DNA of 64,000 nt from Leptospiraceae bacterium (GCA_040217195.1 JAVJNR010000008.1:320001-384000), one strand, 5' to 3'; shown: positions 1-10,315, counted from the first letter of the stretch. Translations and numbers: made by a program. The notes: generated from the letters alone by a model not told the origin.

Positions 1-2
1 CT

Positions 3-917
3 TCTTTAATTTCCTGCAAGACCCAGTTGCGTGGACCATCCGGGGATCCAGATTTCCCTCTGGCAGGACTCTATACTCAGAGGGATGGGGATACCTGGCG
101 CATTCTATCCATTGCCTGCGGAGGGATTCGACATTCCGTGGATCCCCAGCAGCAGCAATGCCTCTTCTTACATCAGATTCGAGTACCCAGGGATCTCACT
201 TTTTCCGGCAAGAGATTTGAGATTACTGAGCGATGGGGATTGATCGAATCCGATCCCGATGAGGCTTTGTTGACTCGTACTGTCTTTGTCCGCTACTACC
301 AGGAAATCAAAGAAGGGGACTCCTGGAAGGTAGAAAATTTCAGCCGCCCCTTTGTAGATCGAGAGCTGAAAGGAGACGATCTATTCCTGCACTTAAAATT
401 CGAAGATGGATGCTTACGAGATGATGAAGGTTGCTGGATTCGCAACCAGGGAAATCTTGTCTTACAGGAAGAAATACAGAAATCCGCAGAAACAAAAGAG
501 GATTCTTCAATTCAACATATCTTTGAACCAATTTCCGGGCAGTCTGGACTGGCATTTTCACCTACCCTGGAATTTTTCCTGCGAAATGGCATGGTGCGTT
601 CCGGTGAGAGCTTCACTTTGAAAAGTGATAAATGCTCAAAGAAAGCCAGAACAACCAGGTTCGGAGCAGGCTTTGTAGTTCTGGAGGGAGACTCTCTTGC
701 AAACTGCGGACCGGAGTTTACTGTTATTCCGGAAACCAAACAGAACTGGAACCTGGCAGAGTTATATTCTCTGCGCACTGGCCTTGGAACTCCAATGAAG
801 ACCGATTCGGAGAAAGAGCTAACCGAAAAAGAAAAAAGAAGACAGGAGATTCGCGAGAGAATTCAAAGAGGCGAAGAGGTAAGCCAGGAAGAGCTCCTGG
901 AGGTTCTGGAAAACTAG
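3..917 (+). CDS. Hypothetical protein, probable lipoprotein, 5'-truncated by the window
   Basis: The frame is open from base 3 (SLISCKTQLRG...). LISC resembles a lipobox, so the true start is probably upstream of the window. Charged C-terminal helix. Confidence 0.6.
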   Translation, partial: SLISCKTQLRGPSGDPDFPLAGLYTQRDGDTWRILSIACGGIRHSVDPQQQQCLFLHQIRVPRDLTFSGKRFEITERWGLIESDPDEALLTRTVFVRYYQEIKEGDSWKVENFSRPFVDRELKGDDLFLHLKFEDGCLRDDEGCWIRNQGNLVLQEEIQKSAETKEDSSIQHIFEPISGQSGLAFSPTLEFFLRNGMVRSGESFTLKSDKCSKKARTTRFGAGFVVLEGDSLANCGPEFTVIPETKQNWNLAELYSLRTGLGTPMKTDSEKELTEKEKRRQEIRERIQRGEEVSQEELLEVLEN

Positions 918-989
918 GCCTCTGAAGTATCCACAGCCAATTTCATTTACGTCGAATTTGATCCAGGTACAGGGAATGGGATATGAAAT

Positions 990-1916
990 TCAGGGCATTT
1001 TCTTGCCCAGACAGATACAGAGAAGAGCCATTCTTACAATCACCCCATAGGCTGCCTGACGAAAATAGGCAGCATTAGGGAGGTCATCCACATCTGTGGA
1101 CAGCTCGGAAACCCGGGGCAATGGATGCATGATCAATGTAGGTTTTCTGGAAGCCAGAACGAAAGCCCGGTTAATGCTATAGGAGTCTTTGAGTTTCTGG
1201 TATTCATTTCGATCTACGAACCGTTCCTCCTGAATTCTGGTTATGTAGGCCACATCGCAGTCCCACAGTGCTTTGATATCCTCTTCTTCTTCAAAGATAA
1301 CCCCATGATTGCGCAAATCTTTCCGGTAGGATTCTGGAAGCGCCAGGTCCACAGGAGAGATAAAAATCATCTCAACGTCATAGTGGGCCAGTAGCTTGAC
1401 CAGGCTATGGATGGTTCTACCAAACTTAAGATCTCCCACAAAAGCAATCTTCAGACCTTCCAGTTTCCCTTTTTCCTTGAAGATTGTGTATAGATCCAGA
1501 AGTGCCTGAGTAGGATGCTGGCCGGCCCCATCGCCGGCATTGATTACCGGCACATTAACTGCAGCAGCGGCAATTCTGGAGCTTCCTTCCACAGGATGCC
1601 GAATCACAGCAATGTCTGCATAGGCTTCTATCATCTTCATGGTGTCATAAAGGGTTTCTCCCTTGCTAATGGAAGAGAACTGAAATCCCACCGTGGATAC
1701 AACTCGGCCGGCCAGGCGATTCATGGCCGTTTCAAAGCTAAGCCGGGTTCTGGTAGATGATTCGAAGAACAGGGAGGCCAGAACATTTCCTTCCAGCATC
1801 CCAAATACATCCTTTCCCAGTTCCTCGATGCGACGGGTATAGCGCATGATATAATCCAGATCCTCATGAGAAAACTGATCTGAGTCGAGAATATGAACGT
1901 GGGGAAATTCGTACAT
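990..1916 (-). CDS. pyrB: Aspartate carbamoyltransferase catalytic subunit
   Basis: [38 protein letters not shown] and MHPLPR motifs. Confidence 0.97.
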   Translation of the reverse strand: MYEFPHVHILDSDQFSHEDLDYIMRYTRRIEELGKDVFGMLEGNVLASLFFESSTRTRLSFETAMNRLAGRVVSTVGFQFSSISKGETLYDTMKMIEAYADIAVIRHPVEGSSRIAAAAVNVPVINAGDGAGQHPTQALLDLYTIFKEKGKLEGLKIAFVGDLKFGRTIHSLVKLLAHYDVEMIFISPVDLALPESYRKDLRNHGVIFEEEEDIKALWDCDVAYITRIQEERFVDRNEYQKLKDSYSINRAFVLASRKPTLIMHPLPRVSELSTDVDDLPNAAYFRQAAYGVIVRMALLCICLGKKMP

Positions 1917-1982
1917 CCAGTATACACAACGGCGCGCCGCTTACCGCGTAAACAAAAAGCCGTCCGGCTGGGACTGAGCTCC

Positions 1983-2315
1983 ATGGTTTTTGTCCTGACC
2001 CTTGTGGGCATCCCTGCCTTCGAAAACAGCACAGCCCAGGAGTTCTCCCGGCTACCTGAGATGCCCGAGACTCCTTCCCTGGATTTTGGAGCCGATAGTC
2101 CGCCTATAGGCAGGACCTGGAAGGAGAACGAAACCATCGTGCAGGCCTATGAAATCTGGGATGCACGATACTGTGAGTTAACTCCTAAACCCTTTCTCTG
2201 TGCTCGCTGCATTCGATCGGATCAGCAATTTGTTAGAATTATCTCTTTAGCAAAGGATGCATCCCCCTTTCGCCAGTATGAATGCAGACCATTCACCAGG
2301 CCCTATCTTTACTGA
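1983..2315 (+). CDS. Small exported hypothetical protein with 4 Cys
   Basis: ATG at 1983 gives a hydrophobic signal-like N-terminus (MVFVLTLVGIPA). The ORF track start at 1893 overlaps pyrB. Start uncertain. Confidence 0.5.
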   Translation: MVFVLTLVGIPAFENSTAQEFSRLPEMPETPSLDFGADSPPIGRTWKENETIVQAYEIWDARYCELTPKPFLCARCIRSDQQFVRIISLAKDASPFRQYECRPFTRPYLY

Positions 2316-2546
2316 TTCAATTTTTTCCGATTCTCAAAGAGCATGGAAAAAAGTAAAATACCTGGAAAGTCCATTGGCTCCGGATTCAATATGAGGCGAT
2401 GAGCCGGTTGCTATTGGCTGGAAAAGCCGTATAACGGACTACAGTTACAGTACTTCGGATGCATGGACATAAGAGTTCCATCACAGTCAGGATGGTTTAG
2501 TGAAAAATGACGGGGTTCCGATGGGAGTAGCCCGGTAAGGCTGGAG

Positions 2547-2594
2547 CCCTTCAGCCTGAACCAGTTTCGCCGGCCGGGCTGAAGGGAGTTTCTT
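2547..2594 (+). terminator. GC-rich hairpin, possible intrinsic terminator
   Basis: CCCTTCAGCCTG ... CGGGCTGAAGGG (12-bp stem with one G-U pair), followed by AGTTTCTT. Confidence 0.5.
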
Positions 2595-2670
2595 ATGCAA
2601 TATCCGAGAATTCCGGCCAGTTAAGGACTGGTTCTGGATTCCTGGTTTTCACATTTCCGAAGAAGTTAAA

Positions 2671-3477
2671 TCAAAAGTCTGTGGACCATTTACCTTCCAT
2701 GGATGGAGGCACATCTTTTTTACCTTCCATAGAATCCAGCAGATCGGCCGGATCCTGAGTATTGGAAGCAGGGGTTGTATCGTTACTCAGACCGGAGATG
2801 CGGGGGGCCGCTGGAGAAGAAAAGCTTTCGGTTCCGCAGGGTCCTCCAGGCTGAATACAGATCTTCCAGGGACCGGTTCGCTTCTCTGCGTTGTACTCGC
2901 CGGATTGATAGAGCTGACCGTTCCGGTAATAGTAGGTCCATTTGCCATGGGCCACATCCATTACATACTCGCCCTTAAAGAAGATTCCTCCGCCGGGATA
3001 ATAGTCGGTCCATAATCCATGCTTGTATCCAGCTGTGAAGTTTCCCTCTCCGGACTTGTTTCCGTTGGAATCGTATACAATCCAGTGACCATCCTTATAG
3101 TTGTTCTTGTAGTTTCCCTCGGATTCCTTCTTTCCATTGGAATGGTACAACGTCCATTTACCGGTCATTTTGCCGTCGCGATAAGCGCCTTCTGCCTGCT
3201 TCTGGCCATTTTCATGGTAATAGGTCCATTCGCCCTGACGACTTCCTTCTTTGTAAGGTCCCCTGGCTTTTAGCTGGCCATTGGAATACCAGACCGATCG
3301 TTCGCCGTTGGCCGTAAGGAACCACACTTTTGTTTTGCTGAAATATGTGGCCCGGGCATCCACATCTCCCGGACGCTGGGGTGTAGCCATTAAGGGTGCA
3401 CTCAGAAGGATTAAGGAAAAAGCTGCCAGAATGGCATAGTCCATTTTAAAGATCATTTTTCTGCGGTTTTGTATCAT
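2671..3477 (-). CDS. Exported MORN-variant repeat protein (YwqK-antitoxin-like beta-hairpin repeats)
   Basis: Signal peptide plus about 6 repeats of G-x-W-x-x-Y-(H/Y/D)-x-(N/G)-G-x3-(E)-G-x-Y. Confidence 0.8.
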   Translation of the reverse strand: MIQNRRKMIFKMDYAILAAFSLILLSAPLMATPQRPGDVDARATYFSKTKVWFLTANGERSVWYSNGQLKARGPYKEGSRQGEWTYYHENGQKQAEGAYRDGKMTGKWTLYHSNGKKESEGNYKNNYKDGHWIVYDSNGNKSGEGNFTAGYKHGLWTDYYPGGGIFFKGEYVMDVAHGKWTYYYRNGQLYQSGEYNAEKRTGPWKICIQPGGPCGTESFSSPAAPRISGLSNDTTPASNTQDPADLLDSMEGKKDVPPSMEGKWSTDF

Positions 3478-3646
3478 GATAGCCTCTAAAGGATGTTCGG
3501 TATTATTTTCGGCAACTTGACGGCTGGACTACGGAATATCCAGACAATCAAATCCGATTCCAGACACCGAATGCAGCGCTGCTATCCTTTAGACGAATAT
3601 AATAATAGATGGATCAAAGCGCAAGCCCGGCAGACGGGCCTGGAGA

Positions 3647-4966
3647 TTAATTCTGACAGATCTGCGCTTCCAGACTGGCCGCTTGCTTCTTCAAGAATAG
3701 ATCCTGAGCAAACAAGGTATCCGTTCTCCGAATGCCATACAGGACTGCAGAATGGTCTTTTCTACCCAGCAGTATGGCAATTTCATTCAACTTCATACCG
3801 GCCAGTCGATTGAGGAAGTAGGCACTTAAATGCCTGGCCCGGACCACGGCCTGGTCTCGGGCACTGGAAGTGAGCAGGTCCGGATGAACGTTATAAAATT
3901 TACAGACTACGTCCAGCACCCGGGACGGCTCGACGGTCAGGCCGGACTGCATTAGATCTTCCAGAAGCCGGTCGGTCCAGGATGGATCTGCGGGCAACTG
4001 CTCAATGGCCAGTCGATGAATGGCATTTTGAAGCTTTCGATGATCGCCAGAAATTCTCTGCGCCAGATAGGTTGCATAACCATCTGGCAATTCCAGACCG
4101 TTTCTTAGGGCCAGAGCCTCAAGCAGAGAAGTGCGCCGGGCGTCAGTTAGATAATTCAGTTCCAGGGGACGGGCTTCCAGCAATCTGGATCGAAGGTCCG
4201 GTCCTACATCCATTTGACTTGCAGGCTGATCAGCTACCAGGATAAGTCTGAATTTGCCTTGCAGGGCAGAATCCATCAATGAGCGAAGCTGTTCTGCTGT
4301 GCGAACCGCTTTTTTGCGAAGGAATTGTAAATCATCGATGATGACCAGCTGCTGGCCATGCAGTTCCTTCTTCCACTCCAGTAACGTTCCTTCCCTGGAG
4401 GCCGTGGCAAAACTTACCAGAAATTCCTCCATGCTATAGGATCGGGTGCGATACCTGGCCGAAAGCACCCTGGCCAGGTGACTCTTACCACAACCGGACG
4501 GTCCTAGAAGATACAGAATTCCATTCCAATCGTTCTGACAGAGATCTGAGATTCTAGGCTCCAGGGCAGGGTCACAGACGAAGCCTTTCAATGCCTGAAT
4601 CGAAGCGTTCTCGATATCTAAAGTATCAGAATTCAAGTCAGAATCTCTGGTTCTGCGGCTATCTGATTTAATGGATGTAGTTCCTTTCGGCTGGTCAGAA
4701 GTCCCGCTGATCAGGCAAACCTGAAATCCTGCAGGTAGAAGAGGGGCCAGACTCTGGCGAATTAGATGTCCATATTTCATCTCAATATGAGTAATTCGCC
4801 TATCATCGGAGGCGATGAGGTACAGCTTCCTGGACTCTAAATCCAGGTCATGATCCAGAGGCCGGATAAAGTGCTCAAAGAAAATCCCGGGCAGATGCGC
4901 TGACAGTGCATTGCAGGCCTGCTCCCAGAATTCGCTCTCAACTGATTTTTCTATTTCTGCCAGCAT
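3647..4966 (-). CDS. Divergent DnaA-family AAA+ protein (DnaA paralogue)
   Basis: Domain I-like FWEQAC...FFEHFIRPL, Walker A GPSGCGKS, Walker B IIDDLQFL, LRSRL, sensor II HRKLQNAI, and domain IV VCKFYNV...ARHLSAYF...LGRKDHSAVLYG. No dnaN next to it. Confidence 0.88.
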   Translation of the reverse strand: MLAEIEKSVESEFWEQACNALSAHLPGIFFEHFIRPLDHDLDLESRKLYLIASDDRRITHIEMKYGHLIRQSLAPLLPAGFQVCLISGTSDQPKGTTSIKSDSRRTRDSDLNSDTLDIENASIQALKGFVCDPALEPRISDLCQNDWNGILYLLGPSGCGKSHLARVLSARYRTRSYSMEEFLVSFATASREGTLLEWKKELHGQQLVIIDDLQFLRKKAVRTAEQLRSLMDSALQGKFRLILVADQPASQMDVGPDLRSRLLEARPLELNYLTDARRTSLLEALALRNGLELPDGYATYLAQRISGDHRKLQNAIHRLAIEQLPADPSWTDRLLEDLMQSGLTVEPSRVLDVVCKFYNVHPDLLTSSARDQAVVRARHLSAYFLNRLAGMKLNEIAILLGRKDHSAVLYGIRRTDTLFAQDLFLKKQAASLEAQICQN

Positions 4967-5354
4967 TTAGCGCTTCGATCCTTCTTGCGTTCTTCTATCG
5001 TTCTATTGTGCGATAATCACCCGATGCTGTAAATCTAGATGCTTCGATTCATCTTTGATCTAGAACCATAGGCGAAAATAATTCAGCGCGAAAGAGCAGG
5101 GAAGCCCCGATTGAAAAGGTTGTCCGTGCCAGAGCGCAGAATTATTATGTCGCATTAAAAAAGTATAGATACCAGAGTCTCCAGGTGCTTCTTAAAACAC
5201 AACGATGCAGCGATTTCCAATGAGCAATTTGTAGTGGAAGACTGGTGGAAAGTACGGTGGACAAATATCTGGCATTGAGCGGAGCTTGCAGCCACTTCAT
5301 TCCATTTACGGATTAATATTGGCAACAGACATGGGTTTAGAAACCTGGAGAGAC

Positions 5355-6140
5355 ATGGCGAAGCGAAGACCGGAAGAAAAGATTCAAGAGAAGAAAAGCA
5401 AGCTGCAAAAGAAGCAGGCTCTGATCATTGGTGCCTCTTCCGATATGGCGGTGGCAATGTCCGACCTTCTGGCATCCAGGGGTTGGAACCTCATTCTGGC
5501 AGGTAGAAATATCAAGGACATTCGAGACCAGTGTTCCGATCTGGGTATTCGTCATAAGATTTTGGCCGAAGCTTTAAGCCTGGATTTAATGGATGCAAAG
5601 CGTACGAGAAAGCAGATTGAATCCCTGGACGGTGTTCCAGAACTCACCGTTTGTTTTGCTGGCATCATGTTGAACGAGGATGATGCCAGGAGCAATTATG
5701 AAACAGCTGAAAAGATTTTGACCACGAATTTCAACGGAGTTGTGCAGGCCATAAATCCCATAGGTGAACTTCTGAAATCAGAAGGGCAGGGCACCATTGC
5801 CGTGGTTAGCTCTGTGGCCGGCGATCGAGGAAGACAGAGTAACTATCATTACGGTGCAGCCAAGGCCGGTCTAACTGCCTATCTTTCCGGACTAAGAAAT
5901 TATCTATTTCCATTTGGTGTTCATGTACTGACGGTAAAGCCAGGGTTTGTGCGCACCTCCATGACGGAAGGCATGGATCTGCCCGGACCAATCACTGCCT
6001 CTGCACAGAAAGTAGCCGCCGATATCTGGAAGGCTATCAGGAAGAAGAAAAACAGCATCTATACTCTCTGGATGTGGAAATATATAATGACCATCATCTG
6101 CAGCATTCCTGAATTCGTTTTCAAGCGCCTGAAGCTCTGA
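5355..6140 (+). CDS. SDR family NAD(P)-dependent oxidoreductase (DprE2-like subgroup)
   Basis: IIGASSDMA, SSVAGDRGRQSNYHYGAAK (YxxxK) and KPGFVRTSMT. GGAG precedes ATG 5355. Confidence 0.88.
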   Translation: MAKRRPEEKIQEKKSKLQKKQALIIGASSDMAVAMSDLLASRGWNLILAGRNIKDIRDQCSDLGIRHKILAEALSLDLMDAKRTRKQIESLDGVPELTVCFAGIMLNEDDARSNYETAEKILTTNFNGVVQAINPIGELLKSEGQGTIAVVSSVAGDRGRQSNYHYGAAKAGLTAYLSGLRNYLFPFGVHVLTVKPGFVRTSMTEGMDLPGPITASAQKVAADIWKAIRKKKNSIYTLWMWKYIMTIICSIPEFVFKRLKL

Positions 6141-6219
6141 TGTATAAGTCGCTCAAACCTTTTCTCCGGCTAAAATAGGTGGCCTGAGAAAGGGATTCGA
6201 TATTACACTTAAAGTAAGT

Positions 6220-6933
6220 ATGTTTTCAGCCAGTATCTGGAGTAGCACCGTGCCCAAACAATCCGATGGAATTACAAAGCCCTCATTGAGAATTTTATCC
6301 AGTCAAATAATCCTACTTCTGGTCGGATGTTTGTTCCTGATATCAGGCGCCTGTAGACCCGGGGTGCATACCAGTCCGGAGATTCTATCTCTGGAAGGTC
6401 GTACACTGGAAGGCAATGATGTACCATTGAAAACCGTGGAATCCAGGGGAGTGGTCTTAAACTTCTACAGCCCAACGTGCATTCCATGCATCGAGGAACT
6501 ACCTGCGCTGCACATTCTGTATGACCAGGCTCGTTCCCTGGGAATTGAGATGTACCTTGCTGTAAGTCCGGATCTGGAATCCAACGGTGTGGACATTTTG
6601 AAAGCTTCCAGCGATCCGGATTTCAAAGAAATGTATCCTCTACTGAAAGCCAGACTGGAGCAGGACATAGAACGCTACAATATTCGTATTCCGATGATGG
6701 TGCTCAAGCCACCTTTCGAAATCAAAGAGAAAGGACCAGTAACCGGCACTCCTGAAACAATCTTTCTAATGACCGATCCTTTGAGATTGCACTACAATCT
6801 GGTGGGACCGGTTACCCTGGGGCAAAGTCAGCAGGAAGTTCTATCCAGCAGCCGATTTCGGTTCGCACTGGACTTGCTGACTCAGCTTGCAGCCGCCAGT
6901 GGTCCAGCGGAATCGTCTCCCAGGGGTTATTGA
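6220..6933 (+). CDS. TlpA/ResA-like thioredoxin-fold lipoprotein
   Basis: Hydrophobic N-terminus with ISGAC lipobox, LNFYSPTCIPCIEELP (CxxC) and GTPET cis-Pro loop. Start uncertain. Confidence 0.8.
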   Translation: MFSASIWSSTVPKQSDGITKPSLRILSSQIILLLVGCLFLISGACRPGVHTSPEILSLEGRTLEGNDVPLKTVESRGVVLNFYSPTCIPCIEELPALHILYDQARSLGIEMYLAVSPDLESNGVDILKASSDPDFKEMYPLLKARLEQDIERYNIRIPMMVLKPPFEIKEKGPVTGTPETIFLMTDPLRLHYNLVGPVTLGQSQQEVLSSSRFRFALDLLTQLAAASGPAESSPRGY

Positions 6934-7181
6934 AACTTCGCGTACTGGAAAGCCGTACCATTCTGATTCAGATTCTTTCCGGTAATTTTCGGATGAAGGG
7001 ACAGTAGATTCAGGCACTTCTATTCTAAACGCCAAATCAGGCAAGGCGCAACATTGCGGATGTATCTGGTCCGTGTATCCTGGAGCAGAGCCAGCCTTAA
7101 AAAGTCCAGACAGTATTGATTCCGCAGACAGGATTCATAACAGGCCGCCGGAAGGTCGAGCCTGCTTACTGCAGGATTGCA

Positions 7182-9149
7182 CTACCGTTTCCGGCCAGTA
7201 GTCTTTTTGGTTTTCTTTTTCGCCGTCTTCTTTGTAGTCTTTTTGGCCGTCTTCTTCGCCGTCTTTTTGGCGGATCGCCTGGTAGCTGCCACAGAACTCT
7301 TCTTGCCGGCTGACTTTTTCTTCGCCGTTTTCTTTTTGGCCAGTTTCTTTACGCCGGTTTTCTTTTTTGTTGATGCTGGTTTCGCAGTTTTGCTACTTTC
7401 TTTTGCGGCTTTTGTCTGCGATGTTGATTTTCGCCCTTTGCCCAGAAGTTCAATGGCCGGTCGACCAGAAGCGGTGTGGATATGTTCCAGCGGATACTGC
7501 TTTAGGTAATCTTTGATTTCTTTCTGCTGCCGGGCGGATGACCACTTTAGATGCTTACCGGCCAGACGAGCTACAGCTTCCAGCGCCGGTCTTTCCACTG
7601 GCCCGTAGGAACCCACTGCCAGTCTACGCACCAGAATGTCTTCCAGGGTGCGAGCCCCTTCATTTTGAACAGCGTACACCACCTGGGCCATAACATCCAG
7701 TTCCGGTCTTACTTTACTTACTGGTGCGCCCAGAGATCGATCCCGTTCCATCAGGTTTAGAACAGGAACATGCTCTGTACCATACATTGTAATCAGGTGA
7801 AGATGATTGGACTGAGCAATTCCTGCCATTCCATATTCTTTTAATGCAAAATCCCGGTAAATGTCTGCCGGGTTTCCGTATCCAGGAGATCCGAACAGAG
7901 GAAGTACCGATGTGTCTGCGCGGTTGGTAAGGACATCTTTTAATTCAGACTTTTTAAGAGCTCCCAGAACTACATCTTCGCCCAACTGACGAGACGTTGT
8001 CCATTTTCCCCCGGCTACAGATATAAGACCATCTATGGATTCTTCGGCATGATCATAGATTTCATATTTTCGACTGGCTTTGTAGGTGCCACTGTCTCCG
8101 TCTCCTGCAGCAATGAGAGGCCGAATGCCTATCGGTACGTGCAAAATATCTTCTTTGTTCAGTGGAGCCCCGGGTACCGTATCGTTTACATCGCTCATTA
8201 ATTCATCGATGTCGGTTTCTGTGGGACGAAGATCATCCGGATGCCCCTTGAAGGGTCGATCCGTGGGGCCAATTAAACTGTGACCTTCCCAGGGGATAAC
8301 GAAGAAATGGCGACCGGTGCGAGTGCGAAATAGAACGGAATGCTTGCCCATGATTGGCTTTGTGAGCAGATGAATTCCTTTTGATCTCTGTAGCTTCTGC
8401 CGGGGCTTATCTTCAAACAATCCAAGAACCAGGTCCATCCAGGGTCCGCTGGCATTAATGGTCAATGAAGCTCGGATGGTTGCAGTCTTACCTGTTAGAC
8501 GGTCTCGAACATTAGCGCCGCTAATCTGTGTGCGGCCTCCAGACTTTTCAACCAGGAATTCCACCGCTTCGGTATGATTATAGGCCACAGCCCCTTTCTC
8601 CACGGCTGATTTCAAAAACGCCAGGGACAATCTTTCCGGACGCAGGCTCTGATAATCATAGTACTCAAAGCCACATTTTACTTCCGGGCTGTCCAGAGTG
8701 GGATCCAGTTCTACAATTTCCTTTTTGCTCAAATAGCGAGACCCGGGAATATGTTTGTCGTCTGGAACATCCTGATTTCGATCGAAGGAAAGTGTATCGT
8801 AGGTGAGCAGTCCGGCTCGCATGATCACTCGCCCGGGATGACTCCAGGGAAAGATAGGAATAAGAAAGGAAAGTGGACGAACCAGGTGACCGGCTGCCAG
8901 GCCCAGGATTCGACGTTCACGAAGACTTTCCCGAACCAGGCCAAATTCGTAGTTTTCCAGGTATCGCAGTCCGCCATGAATTAGCTTGGATGTGGCGCCC
9001 GATGTAGACCAACCAAAGTCATTTTTTTCCACCAGGCAGGCTCTCAATCCGCGTTCGCTTGCTTCTCGCAGAACGGCCAGACCGGTAATTCCGCCGCCTA
9101 TGATCAATAGATCAAACTTGTCTGATTCCAGGTTTCGGTTTAAATTCAT
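7182..9149 (-). CDS. glpD: FAD-dependent glycerol-3-phosphate dehydrogenase with Lys/Ala/Thr-rich C-terminal tail
   Basis: [28 protein letters not shown] and GGKWTTSR motifs, then about 85 aa of KKTAKK-type low-complexity tail. Confidence 0.92.
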   Translation of the reverse strand: MNLNRNLESDKFDLLIIGGGITGLAVLREASERGLRACLVEKNDFGWSTSGATSKLIHGGLRYLENYEFGLVRESLRERRILGLAAGHLVRPLSFLIPIFPWSHPGRVIMRAGLLTYDTLSFDRNQDVPDDKHIPGSRYLSKKEIVELDPTLDSPEVKCGFEYYDYQSLRPERLSLAFLKSAVEKGAVAYNHTEAVEFLVEKSGGRTQISGANVRDRLTGKTATIRASLTINASGPWMDLVLGLFEDKPRQKLQRSKGIHLLTKPIMGKHSVLFRTRTGRHFFVIPWEGHSLIGPTDRPFKGHPDDLRPTETDIDELMSDVNDTVPGAPLNKEDILHVPIGIRPLIAAGDGDSGTYKASRKYEIYDHAEESIDGLISVAGGKWTTSRQLGEDVVLGALKKSELKDVLTNRADTSVLPLFGSPGYGNPADIYRDFALKEYGMAGIAQSNHLHLITMYGTEHVPVLNLMERDRSLGAPVSKVRPELDVMAQVVYAVQNEGARTLEDILVRRLAVGSYGPVERPALEAVARLAGKHLKWSSARQQKEIKDYLKQYPLEHIHTASGRPAIELLGKGRKSTSQTKAAKESSKTAKPASTKKKTGVKKLAKKKTAKKKSAGKKSSVAATRRSAKKTAKKTAKKTTKKTAKKKTKKTTGRKR

Positions 9150-10315
9150 GAAGGCCTTTTCTTGATCAGGATCTTTCGTTCAATTTCGAAGATTTTAGAT
9201 TCGATTTTCTCTTTTCCCAGGTTCTTCTTTTCGTTCTCTTTGATGAATAGATCTTCACCGTGCTCATCCAGAACCTCTCCGGGTCGCTTATTCTTCACTC
9301 CAATGAATTGAGCATGAAGAATTCCCGTTCCAGGCATTGGACCATCTTCCAGAGCAAGAACTCTGGTTATGGAACCCACAGTATCTCCGCTTATGGCAGG
9401 CTGGGTATGATATCCTTCGGTGTAACCAAGATCCCAGAGCATGTTCTCGGTAGTGTCCCGACTGGCCATACCGGCCAGCCATCCGAATACAAGTCCACCG
9501 TAAACAATGGGCTCTCCGCTCATCGGACCGGAAAGAGACTGGGAGTAAATCTTATCATAATGCAATGGATGGGTATTTCCCATGCGATAGGTCCAGGGCA
9601 CATGCTCATCTGTAATGGTTCGCATATTCTTATGCACCAGAATATCGCCCACCTGAAAGTCTTCGAAGTATGTATTGCTACCGGTATGAGCAATCATATC
9701 TGCATCTAGTTTTTTTAGCTCCGGCAATTCTATTTCTGGATTACTCACCTCTGGAAAAGGAGCCTCTGGATTTCCACCCTGGGAAGGCCCGTCCCCTTTT
9801 CTGGGTGGAATCATGATTTTTCTTTCATACTGGATAATAACTTCGCCTGCCTGATTCAATCCCAGAGTCTTAACATGCACGATCCCAGGTTTTCCTTCGC
9901 CCCGTTCCCGGCGGTCCAGAACTTTAGAACGAGCTGTAATTGTATCTCCTGGATAGACTGGCTTTAGAAAATGAACATTATAGTAGCCCAGGTTGGCGAT
10001 GGCTTTTTCTGAATTATTTTGCACACCCAGGGAAAGAACTACATTAAATACCTGGAGTGGATGAACGAGTAAATCCTTAAAACCGTGAGCCTGCGCATAG
10101 GGTGCGCTGAGAAAGAGAGGACATGCATCATGGAACACTGTGGCGTATTCCTGTGCGAATGTTCGATCCACTGTGAAGGCTCGCGGATGAATAAATACAT
10201 CTCCCTGGTTGAAATCCTGCAGATATCGGCCATATTGCCGCTCCTGTCTCCTGGACAGATCTGCAGACACGGTGGAGGACTTTTCTTCTATGGTAGGTGC
10301 TTTGAACTTTGCCAT
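9146..10315 (-). CDS. Double hot-dog MaoC-family dehydratase (mesaconyl-CoA hydratase-like)
   Basis: Two MaoC halves ([11 protein letters not shown]...ANLGY...PVYPGDT and YFEDFQVGD...NTHPLHYD...SGDT). 4-bp overlap with glpD. Confidence 0.82.
   Translation of the reverse strand: MAKFKAPTIEEKSSTVSADLSRRQERQYGRYLQDFNQGDVFIHPRAFTVDRTFAQEYATVFHDACPLFLSAPYAQAHGFKDLLVHPLQVFNVVLSLGVQNNSEKAIANLGYYNVHFLKPVYPGDTITARSKVLDRRERGEGKPGIVHVKTLGLNQAGEVIIQYERKIMIPPRKGDGPSQGGNPEAPFPEVSNPEIELPELKKLDADMIAHTGSNTYFEDFQVGDILVHKNMRTITDEHVPWTYRMGNTHPLHYDKIYSQSLSGPMSGEPIVYGGLVFGWLAGMASRDTTENMLWDLGYTEGYHTQPAISGDTVGSITRVLALEDGPMPGTGILHAQFIGVKNKRPGEVLDEHGEDLFIKENEKKNLGKEKIESKIFEIERKILIKKRPS

Noticed and set aside
927..935. 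GTATCCACA, one mismatch from a DnaA box
   Set aside because: A single isolated site about 2.7 kb from the dnaA-like gene, with no cluster or AT-rich unwinding element, so there is no support for oriC.
2505..2590. TPP riboswitch resemblance (CGGGGT...CCTGAACCAG...AAGGGAG)
   Set aside because: The conserved CTGAGA is missing and there is no downstream same-strand thiamine gene. Kept only as an unassigned ncRNA candidate.
5270..5290. Possible sigma54 promoter TGGCAT...TTGCA upstream of the SDR
   Set aside because: The GG to GC spacing is 5 bp too long for the strict -24/-12 geometry.
7177..7509. Phe/Val-rich 110-aa ORF resembling a membrane protein
   Set aside because: It is the antisense reading of the Lys-rich glpD tail (AAA/AAG codons read as TTT/CTT).
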